This document shows positions 16,367 through 25,825 of a stretch of DNA of 64,000 nt, piece by piece; position 1 is the first letter of the stretch, and each line of letters opens with the position of its first letter. The translations under genes and the position numbers were made by a program. The notes beneath the pieces were generated by a model that had not been told where the DNA came from, searched no databases, and was given only the letters and a program-made list of their open reading frames with translations. Origin of the DNA: an uncultured Thermoplasmata archaeon (GTDB lineage: Archaea; Thermoplasmatota; Thermoplasmata; Lutacidiplasmatales; UBA184); contig CAWEHV010000002.1 in the NCBI GenBank assembly GCA_963809035.1, positions 2,173,601 through 2,237,600 on the forward strand, read 5' to 3'.

Positions 16367-19219
16367 ATGGCGACCGATGTCCCCTCCGCGTTCGACGGGA
16401 TCGACCCGCGGCTGGCCGAAGCGGTGGGACGGCGCGGGATCCGCGAACTCTCGGAGATCCAGCGGCTCGCCTTCCCTCTCCTCCGGGGGGAGTCCGACGC
16501 ATTGCTGCTATCGCCGACCGGGACCGGGAAGACCGAGGCTGCGCTCCTCCCGCTGCTCTCCCGGCGCCTCGCGGACCCGTCGCCGCCGATCTCGCTCCTC
16601 TACGTCACTCCGCTGCGCGCGCTCAATCGCGACCTCGAGCACCGGCTGGTCTCGTTGGTGGAGGAGGTGGGCCTCACTGCCGCCGTCCGGCACGGGGACA
16701 CGAGCGCGTCCGCTCGGGTCGCCCAGTCTCGAAAGCCCCCGGACCTCCTGCTCACCACTCCGGAGACGCTCCAGATCCTGCTCGTCGGGGTCCGCTTGCG
16801 AGAGGGACTCCGGAACGTGCGGACCGTCGTGGTCGACGAGATCCATGAGTTGGTGGGGTCGGACCGGGGCGCCCAGCTCGGCCTCACGCTCGAGAGGCTG
16901 GACGCGCTGACGGGCCGAAAGGTCCGGCGCATCGGCCTCTCCGCCACGGTCGGCAACCCGACCGAAGTGGCCCGCTTCCTATCGCCCGAACCGAGGTCGG
17001 TCGAGGTCCAGTCGGCCCAGCAGCGACGCGTCCTCGAACTCTCGGCGCGGCGTCCGGCGGACTCGTACCCGCCTCTCGACCCGGCGCTCCAAGCCGAACT
17101 GAAGGCGGACGCCCCTCTCCTCCTCGGGCTGCGGGCAGTGGAGGAGGAGGTCCGCGCCCACACGACCACGCTCATCTTTGTCAACACCCGCCCGACCGCG
17201 GAGGGGCTCGCGGCCCGGCTGAAGCGACTGGCCCCCGACCTCGCCATCGCGGTCCACCATGGGTCGCTCTCCCGGGAGGTCCGTGAAGAAGCAGAGCGGG
17301 AGTTCCGCGAGGGGCGGCTGAAGGCGCTGGTCGCCACCTCCTCCCTCGAGCTTGGGATCGACATCGGCAGCGTCGACCATGTGATCCAGTTCGGATCCCC
17401 GCACCAGGTCGGGCGTCTCGTTCAACGGGTCGGGCGGTCCGGCCACCGGCTCGACCGGACGATCCACGGGACGGTCCTGGCGCTGGACGACGACGACCTC
17501 GAAGAGGCCGCGGTCCTCGCCCGACGGGCGGACGAGGGCCTCGTCGAGCCCGCGGCGTGGCGGACGCGGAATCGCCTCGCCGCCGCCCAGCAAGTGGTCG
17601 CCTCGCTCCGGGCCGGCGGGGCGGTCGTGCCCAACGACCTCATCCGGACGCTCGGCCACGCGGCCGCGGTCGCGGACCTCACCCACGCCGAGTGGGACGC
17701 TCTCTTCGACTACCTCGTCGCCTTGCGTCTGGCGCGCCGCCTGGACGACGGACGGCTGGCCCCCGGTCGGGGTACGCTCGCCCGCTTCTACGCTTCGCTC
17801 TCGCTCATACCGGACGAGCGGACCTACCGCCTGCGGGATATCGCGACTCGCCGCCTCATCGGGACGTTGGACGAGCGATTTGTCCTCACGCAGATCATGG
17901 CCCAGCCCGACCAGATCTTCCTCCTGCACGGGCAGACCTGGAAGGTCGTCGAGTTCCGGGAGGGGGAGCTCCTGGTGGAACCGGTCCACGAGATCGGAGC
18001 CGAACCTCGCTGGGCCGGTGAGGACCTCCCCGTTCCGTTCGATGTGGCCCAGGAGATCGGCCGGATGCGGCGCGAGGGGGGCCTCGACGTTTACCCGATC
18101 GACGCCACGGACCGCGCACGGCTCGCCCACCGCCGAGAGGAGGGTGACCGGGCCGGGACCTTGCCGACGGACCGGCGCGTGACCGTCACCGCCCGGGGTC
18201 GGGTCGTGGTCTACGGCTCCTGCTTCGGCACTCGGACGAACGACACGCTCGCGCTCGCGGTCGCCGGCCTCTTGACCGCCCGGCTCGGCGCCCGGACGGA
18301 CGTGGCGGCGGTCGAGCCGACCTGGTTCGTCCTCGAGCTGCCGGTCGCGGTCGATTCGGCGACCCTCATCGATGCCTTCCAGATCGACCCCGAAACCCTG
18401 CTTCCGCTCGTCGAGTGCCTGGTCCCGAGCGGGCTCGACTACCGGTGGGTCTTCCTCTCGATCGCCCGGAAGCTCGGGGTGATCCCCTCCTCCGCGGACC
18501 CCCGCGACCTGCGGACGCTCGAGCCACTGCTCGCAGAATCTCGAACGAACCCGCTGGGGGAGGAGGCGCTCGAGAAGACCCTCCACGACCGGTTCGACGT
18601 CGTCCATGCCCGCGAGGTCCTCGAGCGAGCTCGCACGGGGGCGCTCGAGGTGGTGGCCACTCCCCCCTCGACGTTGACCGACGGGCCGCTGGAGCGGCTG
18701 CGCTGGCGCGTCCTTCCGGAGACGCCCCCCCCCACGCTCCTCAAGGCTGTGCGGGAACGGCTCGCCAACGAACCGCTCGCGCTCGTCTGTCTCCGCTGCG
18801 GGTTCGTCCGTCAGACGACCCCGGGGCGCTATCAGAGGGAGGGGGGGAGTCGCTGCCTCTTGTGCGGGGGCTCGCTCTCCGCGGTCCTTTCTCCCCGCCG
18901 GGAGGCGGACCTCGAGCGCCTACGGACGTACGCGAAGAGAAAGTGGAAACCGGCGGGGAGGCGATCGACGAAGCGGGCCTCTCGGGGCGAGCGACCACCT
19001 TCGCCGGAGACCGAGTCCCTCGTGCGGACGGGCTACACGTCGGCCGAGCTCGTCGCCCATTACGGAGACCGAGCGCTCTATGCCCTCGCGGCCCGGGGGA
19101 TCGGGCCGGACACGGCTCGCCGGCTCCTCTCGCGGCTGTACCAGAGCGACGATGCGTTCTTCACCGAGATCCTCCGCGCAGAGCGAGCGTACGCACGGAC
19201 CCGGGCCTTCTGGGACTGA
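16367..19219 (+). CDS. lhr: Lhr-like ATP-dependent DExH helicase
   Basis: 950 aa with helicase motifs SPTGTGKT, VVVDEIHEL, SAT and HHGSLSREVREEAE..., and the large C-terminal Lhr-type extension with a zinc ribbon (CLRCG...CLLCGG). Confidence 0.85.
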   Translation: MATDVPSAFDGIDPRLAEAVGRRGIRELSEIQRLAFPLLRGESDALLLSPTGTGKTEAALLPLLSRRLADPSPPISLLYVTPLRALNRDLEHRLVSLVEEVGLTAAVRHGDTSASARVAQSRKPPDLLLTTPETLQILLVGVRLREGLRNVRTVVVDEIHELVGSDRGAQLGLTLERLDALTGRKVRRIGLSATVGNPTEVARFLSPEPRSVEVQSAQQRRVLELSARRPADSYPPLDPALQAELKADAPLLLGLRAVEEEVRAHTTTLIFVNTRPTAEGLAARLKRLAPDLAIAVHHGSLSREVREEAEREFREGRLKALVATSSLELGIDIGSVDHVIQFGSPHQVGRLVQRVGRSGHRLDRTIHGTVLALDDDDLEEAAVLARRADEGLVEPAAWRTRNRLAAAQQVVASLRAGGAVVPNDLIRTLGHAAAVADLTHAEWDALFDYLVALRLARRLDDGRLAPGRGTLARFYASLSLIPDERTYRLRDIATRRLIGTLDERFVLTQIMAQPDQIFLLHGQTWKVVEFREGELLVEPVHEIGAEPRWAGEDLPVPFDVAQEIGRMRREGGLDVYPIDATDRARLAHRREEGDRAGTLPTDRRVTVTARGRVVVYGSCFGTRTNDTLALAVAGLLTARLGARTDVAAVEPTWFVLELPVAVDSATLIDAFQIDPETLLPLVECLVPSGLDYRWVFLSIARKLGVIPSSADPRDLRTLEPLLAESRTNPLGEEALEKTLHDRFDVVHAREVLERARTGALEVVATPPSTLTDGPLERLRWRVLPETPPPTLLKAVRERLANEPLALVCLRCGFVRQTTPGRYQREGGSRCLLCGGSLSAVLSPRREADLERLRTYAKRKWKPAGRRSTKRASRGERPPSPETESLVRTGYTSAELVAHYGDRALYALAARGIGPDTARRLLSRLYQSDDAFFTEILRAERAYARTRAFWD

Positions 19220-19267
19220 CCCCGGCGCGTCCCGGCACACCGCCCGGACGGCGTCGCGCGGGGGACC

Positions 19268-20380
19268 TCACTCCGGCCCGGACCCCTCTCCGAGACGGAC
19301 GGCCGCCCGCGAGAGTTCCACGGTCGTCGCTTCCACGACCGCCCTAGGGGCATCGGTACGGAATCCCTCGGGTCGCATGTGGGTGCGCGAGAACCGGTAT
19401 CCCTTTTCGGTCAACGCGCGCGAGAGCCCTTCGCGAGAGGGTGGGAAGGGCAGGCCGAGGGCACCGGCGAGCTCGTTCGCTTCGAAGTAGAACGGGCGGT
19501 CGACCTCCGCCTCGGAGCGGATGCGGGAGAGGAACTCCTCCGTCTCCCGCGGGCGAGCCGCCGTAGGGGGCGTCGCGAGTCGGGTCGCGAGCTTCGGGTC
19601 GAACAGGGGACCCAGCCACATCGGGCCATACGGTCCAAGCTCCCCGAGGAACGGACCTGTCCAGGTCTCCGGTTCCACGAGCCCGACCGGATCCGGCGGA
19701 GAGACGCCCGTGAGCAGAGGCACCTCGAGGTAGACCCGAAGGTGGTGCCCCCGGACATACGCGAGGAGGGGCCGGACGGTGCGGCCTTCCGTGCGGGCCG
19801 TCCGCGCGAGATACGCCAGCAGGATACGGAGCCCGCCCTCGGGACCGAGACGTCCCCGCACAGGGTGACTTCCGTAGAGGCGTTCGCACGCGCCCGGCTG
19901 CACGCCGGCGAGCACCATGAGGTCCGTCGCCGTCGCGGCGAGGATGCCGCCCGGGCGGAGGGCCCGGATCGCGATCGGGACGAACGGGAGGGGCGAGCCG
20001 TACGGGTCGAGGTCCACGTAATCGAACGGCGCCTCCGCCGGCAGGGTCCGAGCGTCGGCCCACCGGACGGTCGCGCCCGGGACCTTTTCGGCGTTCTGGC
20101 GCAGGACCTCGGCCGCGACCGGATGGGCCTCCGTGAACAGGAACGAGGAGAAGGCACCCGATTCGACCAGGAGCCGCAGTCCGCGGGCCCCGGTAGCTGA
20201 CAGCATGTCCCACCCGTGACCCGAGATGCGACCGAAGTGGGTGCTCACGAACGCGACCCCGAGGTCACGGTCGAGGACCATGTCCGGATTGTAGAAGACC
20301 GAGGACTTAGGTCGCGGGCCGGGACCCGGGCGGGTCGGGGGGAGGAGGAGCTCGACGGCTCCTTCGCGGGCGCGGACTAG
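19268..20380 (-). CDS. trm1: tRNA (guanine26-N2)-dimethyltransferase Trm1; start codon unresolved
   Basis: Conserved Trm1 sequence (VFYNPDM...LSATGARGLR...DLDPYGSP) runs in frame up to ~20380, abutting the THEP1 stop. No ATG/GTG/TTG exists in the conserved N-terminal 40 codons; the first in-frame ATG is at 20281. Confidence 0.8.
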   Translation of the reverse strand, partial: LVRAREGAVELLLPPTRPGPGPRPKSSVFYNPDMVLDRDLGVAFVSTHFGRISGHGWDMLSATGARGLRLLVESGAFSSFLFTEAHPVAAEVLRQNAEKVPGATVRWADARTLPAEAPFDYVDLDPYGSPLPFVPIAIRALRPGGILAATATDLMVLAGVQPGACERLYGSHPVRGRLGPEGGLRILLAYLARTARTEGRTVRPLLAYVRGHHLRVYLEVPLLTGVSPPDPVGLVEPETWTGPFLGELGPYGPMWLGPLFDPKLATRLATPPTAARPRETEEFLSRIRSEAEVDRPFYFEANELAGALGLPFPPSREGLSRALTEKGYRFSRTHMRPEGFRTDAPRAVVEATTVELSRAAVRLGEGSGPE

Positions 20381-20934
20381 TGGGCTTGGCCCGTGATCAG
20401 GTGGACGATCTTGAACGCGAGGAGGTTCTTGTTCACCGGGGTCACTTCGAGGAGCCGTAGTTCGTCCCTCCTTCGGATGTCCTGGAGCAGCGGGTTCCGG
20501 GACTTCTTGTGGAGGGTCATGATGATCGACTTCTTGGCGTCCAGGGTGTCCATCACGCTCTTCGTGAAGACCTCGCTTTCGACCTCCATCTTGCCGACCT
20601 CGTCGATCACAACGACATCGGACTCCTCGCGGCCTTGGGCGAGCGCGGCGGTCCCGAGTCCTTCGAGGGCGAGCAGATTCACGCCGAAGCGCCCGGACCG
20701 GATCCGGGACTTGAGGTTCTCGTGCGCGAAGACCTCGTGCTCCTTCGTGATCCAATTCGTGATCTGGAAGCCGACCCGGCGCTGCTTCACGACGATCGGC
20801 TCGGTCACCATGCCGCCGACCTTGAGTCCCTCCTCCTCAAGGAGCTGGATGATGCGAAGGAGGGTCTGCGTCTTTCCGGAACCGGGGAGACCGGTGATGC
20901 CGATCTTCACCGGTGCCGAGAGGCGACGAGGCAT
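20377..20934 (-). CDS. Nucleoside-triphosphatase THEP1 family (P-loop NTPase)
   Basis: 185 aa with IGITGLPGSGKT Walker A and VVVIDEVGKME Walker B, in the MJ1559/THEP1 arrangement. Confidence 0.75.
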   Translation of the reverse strand: MPRRLSAPVKIGITGLPGSGKTQTLLRIIQLLEEEGLKVGGMVTEPIVVKQRRVGFQITNWITKEHEVFAHENLKSRIRSGRFGVNLLALEGLGTAALAQGREESDVVVIDEVGKMEVESEVFTKSVMDTLDAKKSIIMTLHKKSRNPLLQDIRRRDELRLLEVTPVNKNLLAFKIVHLITGQAH

Positions 20935-20986
20935 TGGGTAGAACTCCTAAGGACGCCGCGTCTAGGCGTGGCGCGAATAAGAAGCC

Positions 20987-21718
20987 ATGCCGAGCGGGTC
21001 ACGCCATGACAGTCGGGACGATGTCGTAACTCGGGTGGTTCGAGGGCGGCCCGGCGAGCCGGCTTCGGTGTATCCTTCACGCGAGGACACGTTCCTCCTT
21101 CTCCCGTTCGCCAGGGTCGCTTCCGGCACGTCCTTCCTCGAGGTGGGAACCGGCGCCGGACTCGTCGCCCTGACCGCCGCCCGGCGGGGGGCCCGCGTGG
21201 TCGCGACGGACCGCAATCCCCACGCCTTGCGCCGGCTCGCCGCCATCGCCCGGGCGAACCGCCTCGACCTGGAGGTCGTCCGTACCGACCTGGCACGGGG
21301 CCTCGCCCGATTCGACCGGGTCGTCGCCAACCCGCCCTATCTCCCGACCCGGCCCGAGGAGCGGGACCCCGACCGGTGGCACAACCTGGCCTTGGACGGC
21401 GGACCGGACGGCTGCGCCACCACCGCCCGGTGGGTAGCGGAGCTCCGGGAGCACCTCCTTCCCACCGGGAGCGCGTTCGTCGTCACGTCCACCCTCCAAT
21501 CCGGCGAGCGGCTGCGGCAGATCTGGGACTCCTGGAGGGAACTCGGTGGGTCCGTGCTCCGGGTCGCTCGTCGGGACCTCGAAGGCGAGCGCCTCGAGGT
21601 CTACCGGCTTCGCTGGCGCGCGGGTCGAGCGTCTACGTCGGATGTTCCGCGAACGAGAGCACCGCATCTAGGAACCGGTGTCCGTCGCCGATCCCGACCG
21701 GCCCGCCGGTCCGGGTGA
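20987..21718 (+). CDS. SAM-dependent methyltransferase, HemK/Mtq2-like (putative protein N5-glutamine methyltransferase)
   Basis: VYPSREDTFLL, EVGTGAGL and the NPPY motif (VANPPYLP). The C-terminal ~30 codons overlap purQ convergently. Confidence 0.7.
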   Translation: MPSGSRHDSRDDVVTRVVRGRPGEPASVYPSREDTFLLLPFARVASGTSFLEVGTGAGLVALTAARRGARVVATDRNPHALRRLAAIARANRLDLEVVRTDLARGLARFDRVVANPPYLPTRPEERDPDRWHNLALDGGPDGCATTARWVAELREHLLPTGSAFVVTSTLQSGERLRQIWDSWRELGGSVLRVARRDLEGERLEVYRLRWRAGRASTSDVPRTRAPHLGTGVRRRSRPARRSG

Positions 21719-22463
21719 AATCGGGGGCCTGGGCCCGGAAGAACGACCGTTCCGGATGCGGCATCAGTCCGAAGACGTTGCCCTCCGGGTTCGTCAGACC
21801 GCCGACATCCCCCTCCGACCCGTTGGGGTTCCAGGGATACGTGGCGGGGCCCCCGTCCGGAGCCACCCATCGGAAGAGGATCTGGCCCGCCCTCTCGAGC
21901 TCCCGGAGCCGGAGGGCCGAGTCACCACCGAGCACGAGCTTTCCTTCCGCGTGAGCCGAGGGGAACAGGAACCGGGTCCCCACTGGAATCCGCTGAAGGG
22001 CCGGAAATATGCCTCCCGCCCAAGCAACGAACGTCGGGCGGCACTCGAAACGACCCGAATCGTTGGTCATCAGCACCGCATCGGGCGGGCCGAGGCGACC
22101 GCCCCGGTGCCCCGGTAGGAGCCCGAGTTCGGTCAAGACCTGGAACCCGTTGCAGATGCCGGCCACGACGCGGCCCGACCGCACGAACTCCTCGAGGTCG
22201 GGACCGATCGAGGCGCGGATCCGCGCGGCGAAGATCGCTCCCGCCCGAACGTAGTCCCCCGCGGAGAAGCCGCCGGGCACGAAGAGCGCGGAATAATCCC
22301 TAAGGCGTCGCCGCTTGGAGGCGGCGACATCGCGCCCTTCGAACTGCTTGAGCTGGACCACCTCGGCCTGCGCTCCGAGCGCGGCGAGGGCGACACGAAG
22401 CTCGTCGTCGCAGTTCGTTCCCTCGATCGCCAGCAACGCGACTCGAAGGTTCCGACGGACCAC
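21633..22463 (-). CDS. purQ: Phosphoribosylformylglycinamidine synthase subunit I (glutaminase)
   Basis: VALLAIEGTNCDDE, GGFSAGDY, catalytic GICNGFQ and HPER motifs. The start is set at GTG 22463; the track ORF extends ~97 spurious codons upstream. Confidence 0.85.
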   Translation of the reverse strand: MVRRNLRVALLAIEGTNCDDELRVALAALGAQAEVVQLKQFEGRDVAASKRRRLRDYSALFVPGGFSAGDYVRAGAIFAARIRASIGPDLEEFVRSGRVVAGICNGFQVLTELGLLPGHRGGRLGPPDAVLMTNDSGRFECRPTFVAWAGGIFPALQRIPVGTRFLFPSAHAEGKLVLGGDSALRLRELERAGQILFRWVAPDGGPATYPWNPNGSEGDVGGLTNPEGNVFGLMPHPERSFFRAQAPDFTRTGGPVGIGDGHRFLDAVLSFAEHPT

Positions 22464-22486
22464 GGCCGGGTACCGGTCCCGCGGGT

Positions 22487-23752
22487 TTAACCGTTCCCGA
22501 GCGCGGGCGGACCCGCGCCCGGCCCGAGAGGTGGGACGAGCCAATGGACCGGCACCCGAGCTCCTTCGCGCAGGGTCTTCCGGCCCGGCGGGAGCACGGT
22601 GAACCCCACCGACCCGGAGAGGCTGGAGATCGAGGAGGACCCATGGTACCTGGAGTAGACCCCCCCGTTCCGCACCGCGAGAGGGACCACGGTGGCCAGG
22701 CCGCGGGTCGCCGATAGTTGCCCGCTCTCGAGGCGAGCGTCGGAGTCGGACCATCCGGGTCCCTCCTTCCCCGCGAGGCGACGGAGGAGTGGCAGGAGTA
22801 GCCAGTAGGCATTCGTGAGGCAGGAGGAGGGATGACCGGGCATCCCGACGATCACCTGATCACCCACTCGAACCGCGAGCGTGGGCTTGCCGGGACGAAC
22901 TGCGATCCCGTGGAACAGGAGACGCCCCATCCGGGGGAAGATGCGGGGAAGGAGGTCCCGTTCCCCCACGGAACTCCCCCCGGTGGCGAGCACGAGGTCG
23001 GCGGTGCGAAGGGCTCGGCGCAGGGTCGACTCGATCCGCTGAGGGTCGTCCGGGACGGGGCGAAAAGTTCGAGGAATACCTCCCGCCGCCCTTACGATCG
23101 CGGCCAGGCTCGCGTTGTTGCTCTCGTAGATACGCCCTGCGCGGGTAGGCCCCCCGGGGGGGAGCAGTTCGTTACCGTTCGGAACGATAGCTACCACCGG
23201 TCGCGCGACCACCGGCACGGTGGCGAGGCCGCACGCTGCGACCATCGCAAGAGCCGATGGAGTGAGCTCTTCCCCGCGCCGAACGAGGACCATCCCCTGC
23301 TGAAAATCGTCGCCCGGGGCGGCCAGCCTCTCGCCGGGTCCGACCGAGCGGGATATCCGGACCGAACGACCGCGGCCCTGGACCTCCTCGAAGATGACGA
23401 CCGTGTCCGCTCCTCGGGGAAGGGTTCCGCCGGTGGCGATGGCCGCGGTCTCGCCGGACTGGAGCGTTCGAGCGAACGACTGCTCCGCAAACACTTCTCC
23501 AACCACGCGCATCGTTATGGGATGGGAGGGACGAGCCCCCCGGGTATCGGCGCTGCGCAGCGCGTACCCATCCCACGTAGCGCGGTAGAAGGCCGGGACG
23601 GGACGGGGGGACCTCACGGTCCGGGCGAGGCCCCGACCGAACGCGTCCTCGACCCGGACCCGCTCGATCCGGTCGAGGGGACGGACGGCGGCGAGGAGAC
23701 GTCGACGGGCCACCTCCATCGGGATCAGGCGACCGAAGGCGTGCATCTCCAT
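22487..23752 (-). CDS. moeA: Molybdopterin molybdenumtransferase MoeA
   Basis: Full MoeA domain organisation (GGTLPRGADTVV...LATGGSSVGERD...GMPGHPSS). The alternative start is M12 (MEVARRRLL, 23719). Confidence 0.9.
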   Translation of the reverse strand: MEMHAFGRLIPMEVARRRLLAAVRPLDRIERVRVEDAFGRGLARTVRSPRPVPAFYRATWDGYALRSADTRGARPSHPITMRVVGEVFAEQSFARTLQSGETAAIATGGTLPRGADTVVIFEEVQGRGRSVRISRSVGPGERLAAPGDDFQQGMVLVRRGEELTPSALAMVAACGLATVPVVARPVVAIVPNGNELLPPGGPTRAGRIYESNNASLAAIVRAAGGIPRTFRPVPDDPQRIESTLRRALRTADLVLATGGSSVGERDLLPRIFPRMGRLLFHGIAVRPGKPTLAVRVGDQVIVGMPGHPSSCLTNAYWLLLPLLRRLAGKEGPGWSDSDARLESGQLSATRGLATVVPLAVRNGGVYSRYHGSSSISSLSGSVGFTVLPPGRKTLREGARVPVHWLVPPLGPGAGPPALGNG

Positions 23753-23765
23753 GGTCGAATGCGGG

Positions 23766-24644
23766 CTAGCGCGCCCCCTCCAGCCACCGGGTGGCGGCCC
23801 GCTCTCCCGCGGTCAGGCACTCCTTCAGTCGCTGGCCCGCAAACCACGCCGCGTAGAACCCTCCGCGGAAGGAGTCCCCCGCGCCGACGGAGGTCCTCAC
23901 CTTGCGGGGCCGGGTGGCGCGAACGTGGACCGACCCCGCTCGGGAGAACGCCGTCGCCCCTTCGGCTCCTTCCGTTCGAACGATGAGCGGCACGAGCTGC
24001 AACAGAGCTTCGGGTCCGCGAAGTTCGAGGAGGGATGCGGCCCGGTCGATCTCGGAGCGATTCCCCCAAAGGACCTCCGAGTCTCGAAGCAAGCGTCGGA
24101 GGTGAAGTGAATCCCATCGATAATGGGTTTCCTGCCCGGGGTCGGCGGCGACATGGAGGCCGGCGACGCGGGCCGCCCTCTGGAGCGAAAGGAGCGCGGC
24201 CGGAGGGCCGGTCGTCAGGTGGAGCCAAGAATACTCGGAGAGCCACGGTCCGACCCGGAATCGGTGCGGCGAGCCGTCGGCCATCGCGCCCTGGTCGATC
24301 AGGGTCCGTTGCCCCCCGCGCCGGTCCTCCACGATGTAGCACGTCGGGGTAGTGCGGTGCGGGAGGGTCTCGAGGCCCCGCAGGTCGACCTGGCCCGCCT
24401 CCAGGCGCTCCCGGAACGCCGCCGGGAATCCCGTGCCGAGTCGGGCTACGAGGCCGCAGACCACCCCGTAGCGGGCGGCCGTAAGCGCGAGGTTCGTGGC
24501 CGTACCACCGAGCTCCGAGTGGCGGGCGACCACCGGCACGGTCCGGTCCGCGAGGGGGAAGTCGGTCACACGCAGGAACTCGTCGACGTTCACATGACCG
24601 GCGATCAGAAGGTCCCGCGGTCGGTTGCGCAACGGGTCGTCCAT
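23766..24644 (-). CDS. PfkB-family carbohydrate/nucleoside kinase
   Basis: Ribokinase-like fold: N-terminal LLIAGHVNVDEF and C-terminal GAGDSFRGGF anion hole. The start is at ATG 24644 (MDDPLRNRP); the N-extension in the track is antisense junk. Confidence 0.75.
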   Translation of the reverse strand: MDDPLRNRPRDLLIAGHVNVDEFLRVTDFPLADRTVPVVARHSELGGTATNLALTAARYGVVCGLVARLGTGFPAAFRERLEAGQVDLRGLETLPHRTTPTCYIVEDRRGGQRTLIDQGAMADGSPHRFRVGPWLSEYSWLHLTTGPPAALLSLQRAARVAGLHVAADPGQETHYRWDSLHLRRLLRDSEVLWGNRSEIDRAASLLELRGPEALLQLVPLIVRTEGAEGATAFSRAGSVHVRATRPRKVRTSVGAGDSFRGGFYAAWFAGQRLKECLTAGERAATRWLEGAR

Positions 24645-24738
24645 CGGGGGAGCTCGGGACGAGACGTCCGGGCGCATAGCCGTTCGGGAGGGACGCGGGC
24701 TCGGCCTTAAGCGGGCCGGAAGCTCCAACGCTCGGCCC

Positions 24739-25812
24739 ATGCTCGTGGAAGGAGCGATCCTAGACCGGGACGGCTCCCGGCGGGCCTCGGTGCGCCTCCG
24801 CGACGGTCGGGTCGTCGAGGTAGGGCAGCCCGGCACCCTCCGTACTCGTGGCGATGAGCGACGGGTCCGAGGGATCGTCGTCCCGGCGCCCGTGAATGCC
24901 CACACCCACCTGGGGGATTCGGTGTCGACGCGCGAACCCCCGACGGGACCCGTCGAGACCCTGGTGGCCTCCCCGGATGGCTACAAGTTCCGCCTTCTCG
25001 CCGAACGTTCGCGAGCGGAGAAGATGTTGGCCATCCGTGCCGCGCTTCGACGGATGCGCAAGGAGGGAACGGTCGCGGTCATCGACTTCCGCGAGGAAGG
25101 CACGCCCGGGGAACACGTCTTGCGAGCCGCGGCCCGGGGCTCGGGCGTCCGGACCTGGATCCTCGGCCGACCCCTCGTCCGACCGGTTGACCCGGACGAG
25201 CTCGCTGCGGTGTTAGAGGCCGGCGACGGGATCGGGCTCTCGAGCGCTCGGGACGAGTCTCCGGAGACGCGCCAGGTCGTCGCTCGGGCGTGCCATCGGG
25301 CGGGGAAGTGGTTCGGCCTGCACGCGAGCGAAGCGGTCCGCGAACCCCCCGATTCGTTCCTCCTACCCCGACCGGACCTCCTCGTCCACCTCGCGGAAGC
25401 GACCCCGGACGACCTCCGTGCGGTCGCGGCGGCGAAGGTGTCGGTCGTGGTCTGTCCCCGCTCGAACGCCATGTTTGGTCGCCAGCCGGACCTGGCGGGG
25501 ATGGAGCGCGAGGGGATCCGGATGATGCTCGGGACCGACAACGCGATGTTCCACGCCCCCTCGATCTGGAGGGAACTCGAGTTCGCGTACGTCGCGACCC
25601 GGCTCCGAGGCCGGCCCGTCTCGGCCGAGTTCCTGGCCCGGAGCGCTCTGGTCGAGCCGTACCGGTGGCTGGGGACCCCGGACGGTGCGTCGATCTCGGC
25701 CGGCTCCTCGGCGGTCCCGCTCGTGCTTCGTCTGCCGGCGGACGACCCGGCGTACCAGGTCGTCACGCGCACCACCGAACACCTTATTGTCCGCCCGGGC
25801 CGGGCTCCGTAG
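24739..25812 (+). CDS. Amidohydrolase family protein (MtaD/chlorohydrolase-like metal-dependent deaminase)
   Basis: HxH metal site (VNAHTHLGDS), downstream His/Asp motifs, and ATG at 24739 (MLVEGAILDRDG). Confidence 0.7.
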   Translation: MLVEGAILDRDGSRRASVRLRDGRVVEVGQPGTLRTRGDERRVRGIVVPAPVNAHTHLGDSVSTREPPTGPVETLVASPDGYKFRLLAERSRAEKMLAIRAALRRMRKEGTVAVIDFREEGTPGEHVLRAAARGSGVRTWILGRPLVRPVDPDELAAVLEAGDGIGLSSARDESPETRQVVARACHRAGKWFGLHASEAVREPPDSFLLPRPDLLVHLAEATPDDLRAVAAAKVSVVVCPRSNAMFGRQPDLAGMEREGIRMMLGTDNAMFHAPSIWRELEFAYVATRLRGRPVSAEFLARSALVEPYRWLGTPDGASISAGSSAVPLVLRLPADDPAYQVVTRTTEHLIVRPGRAP

Positions 25813-25825
25813 TGGGTCGGTTCCG

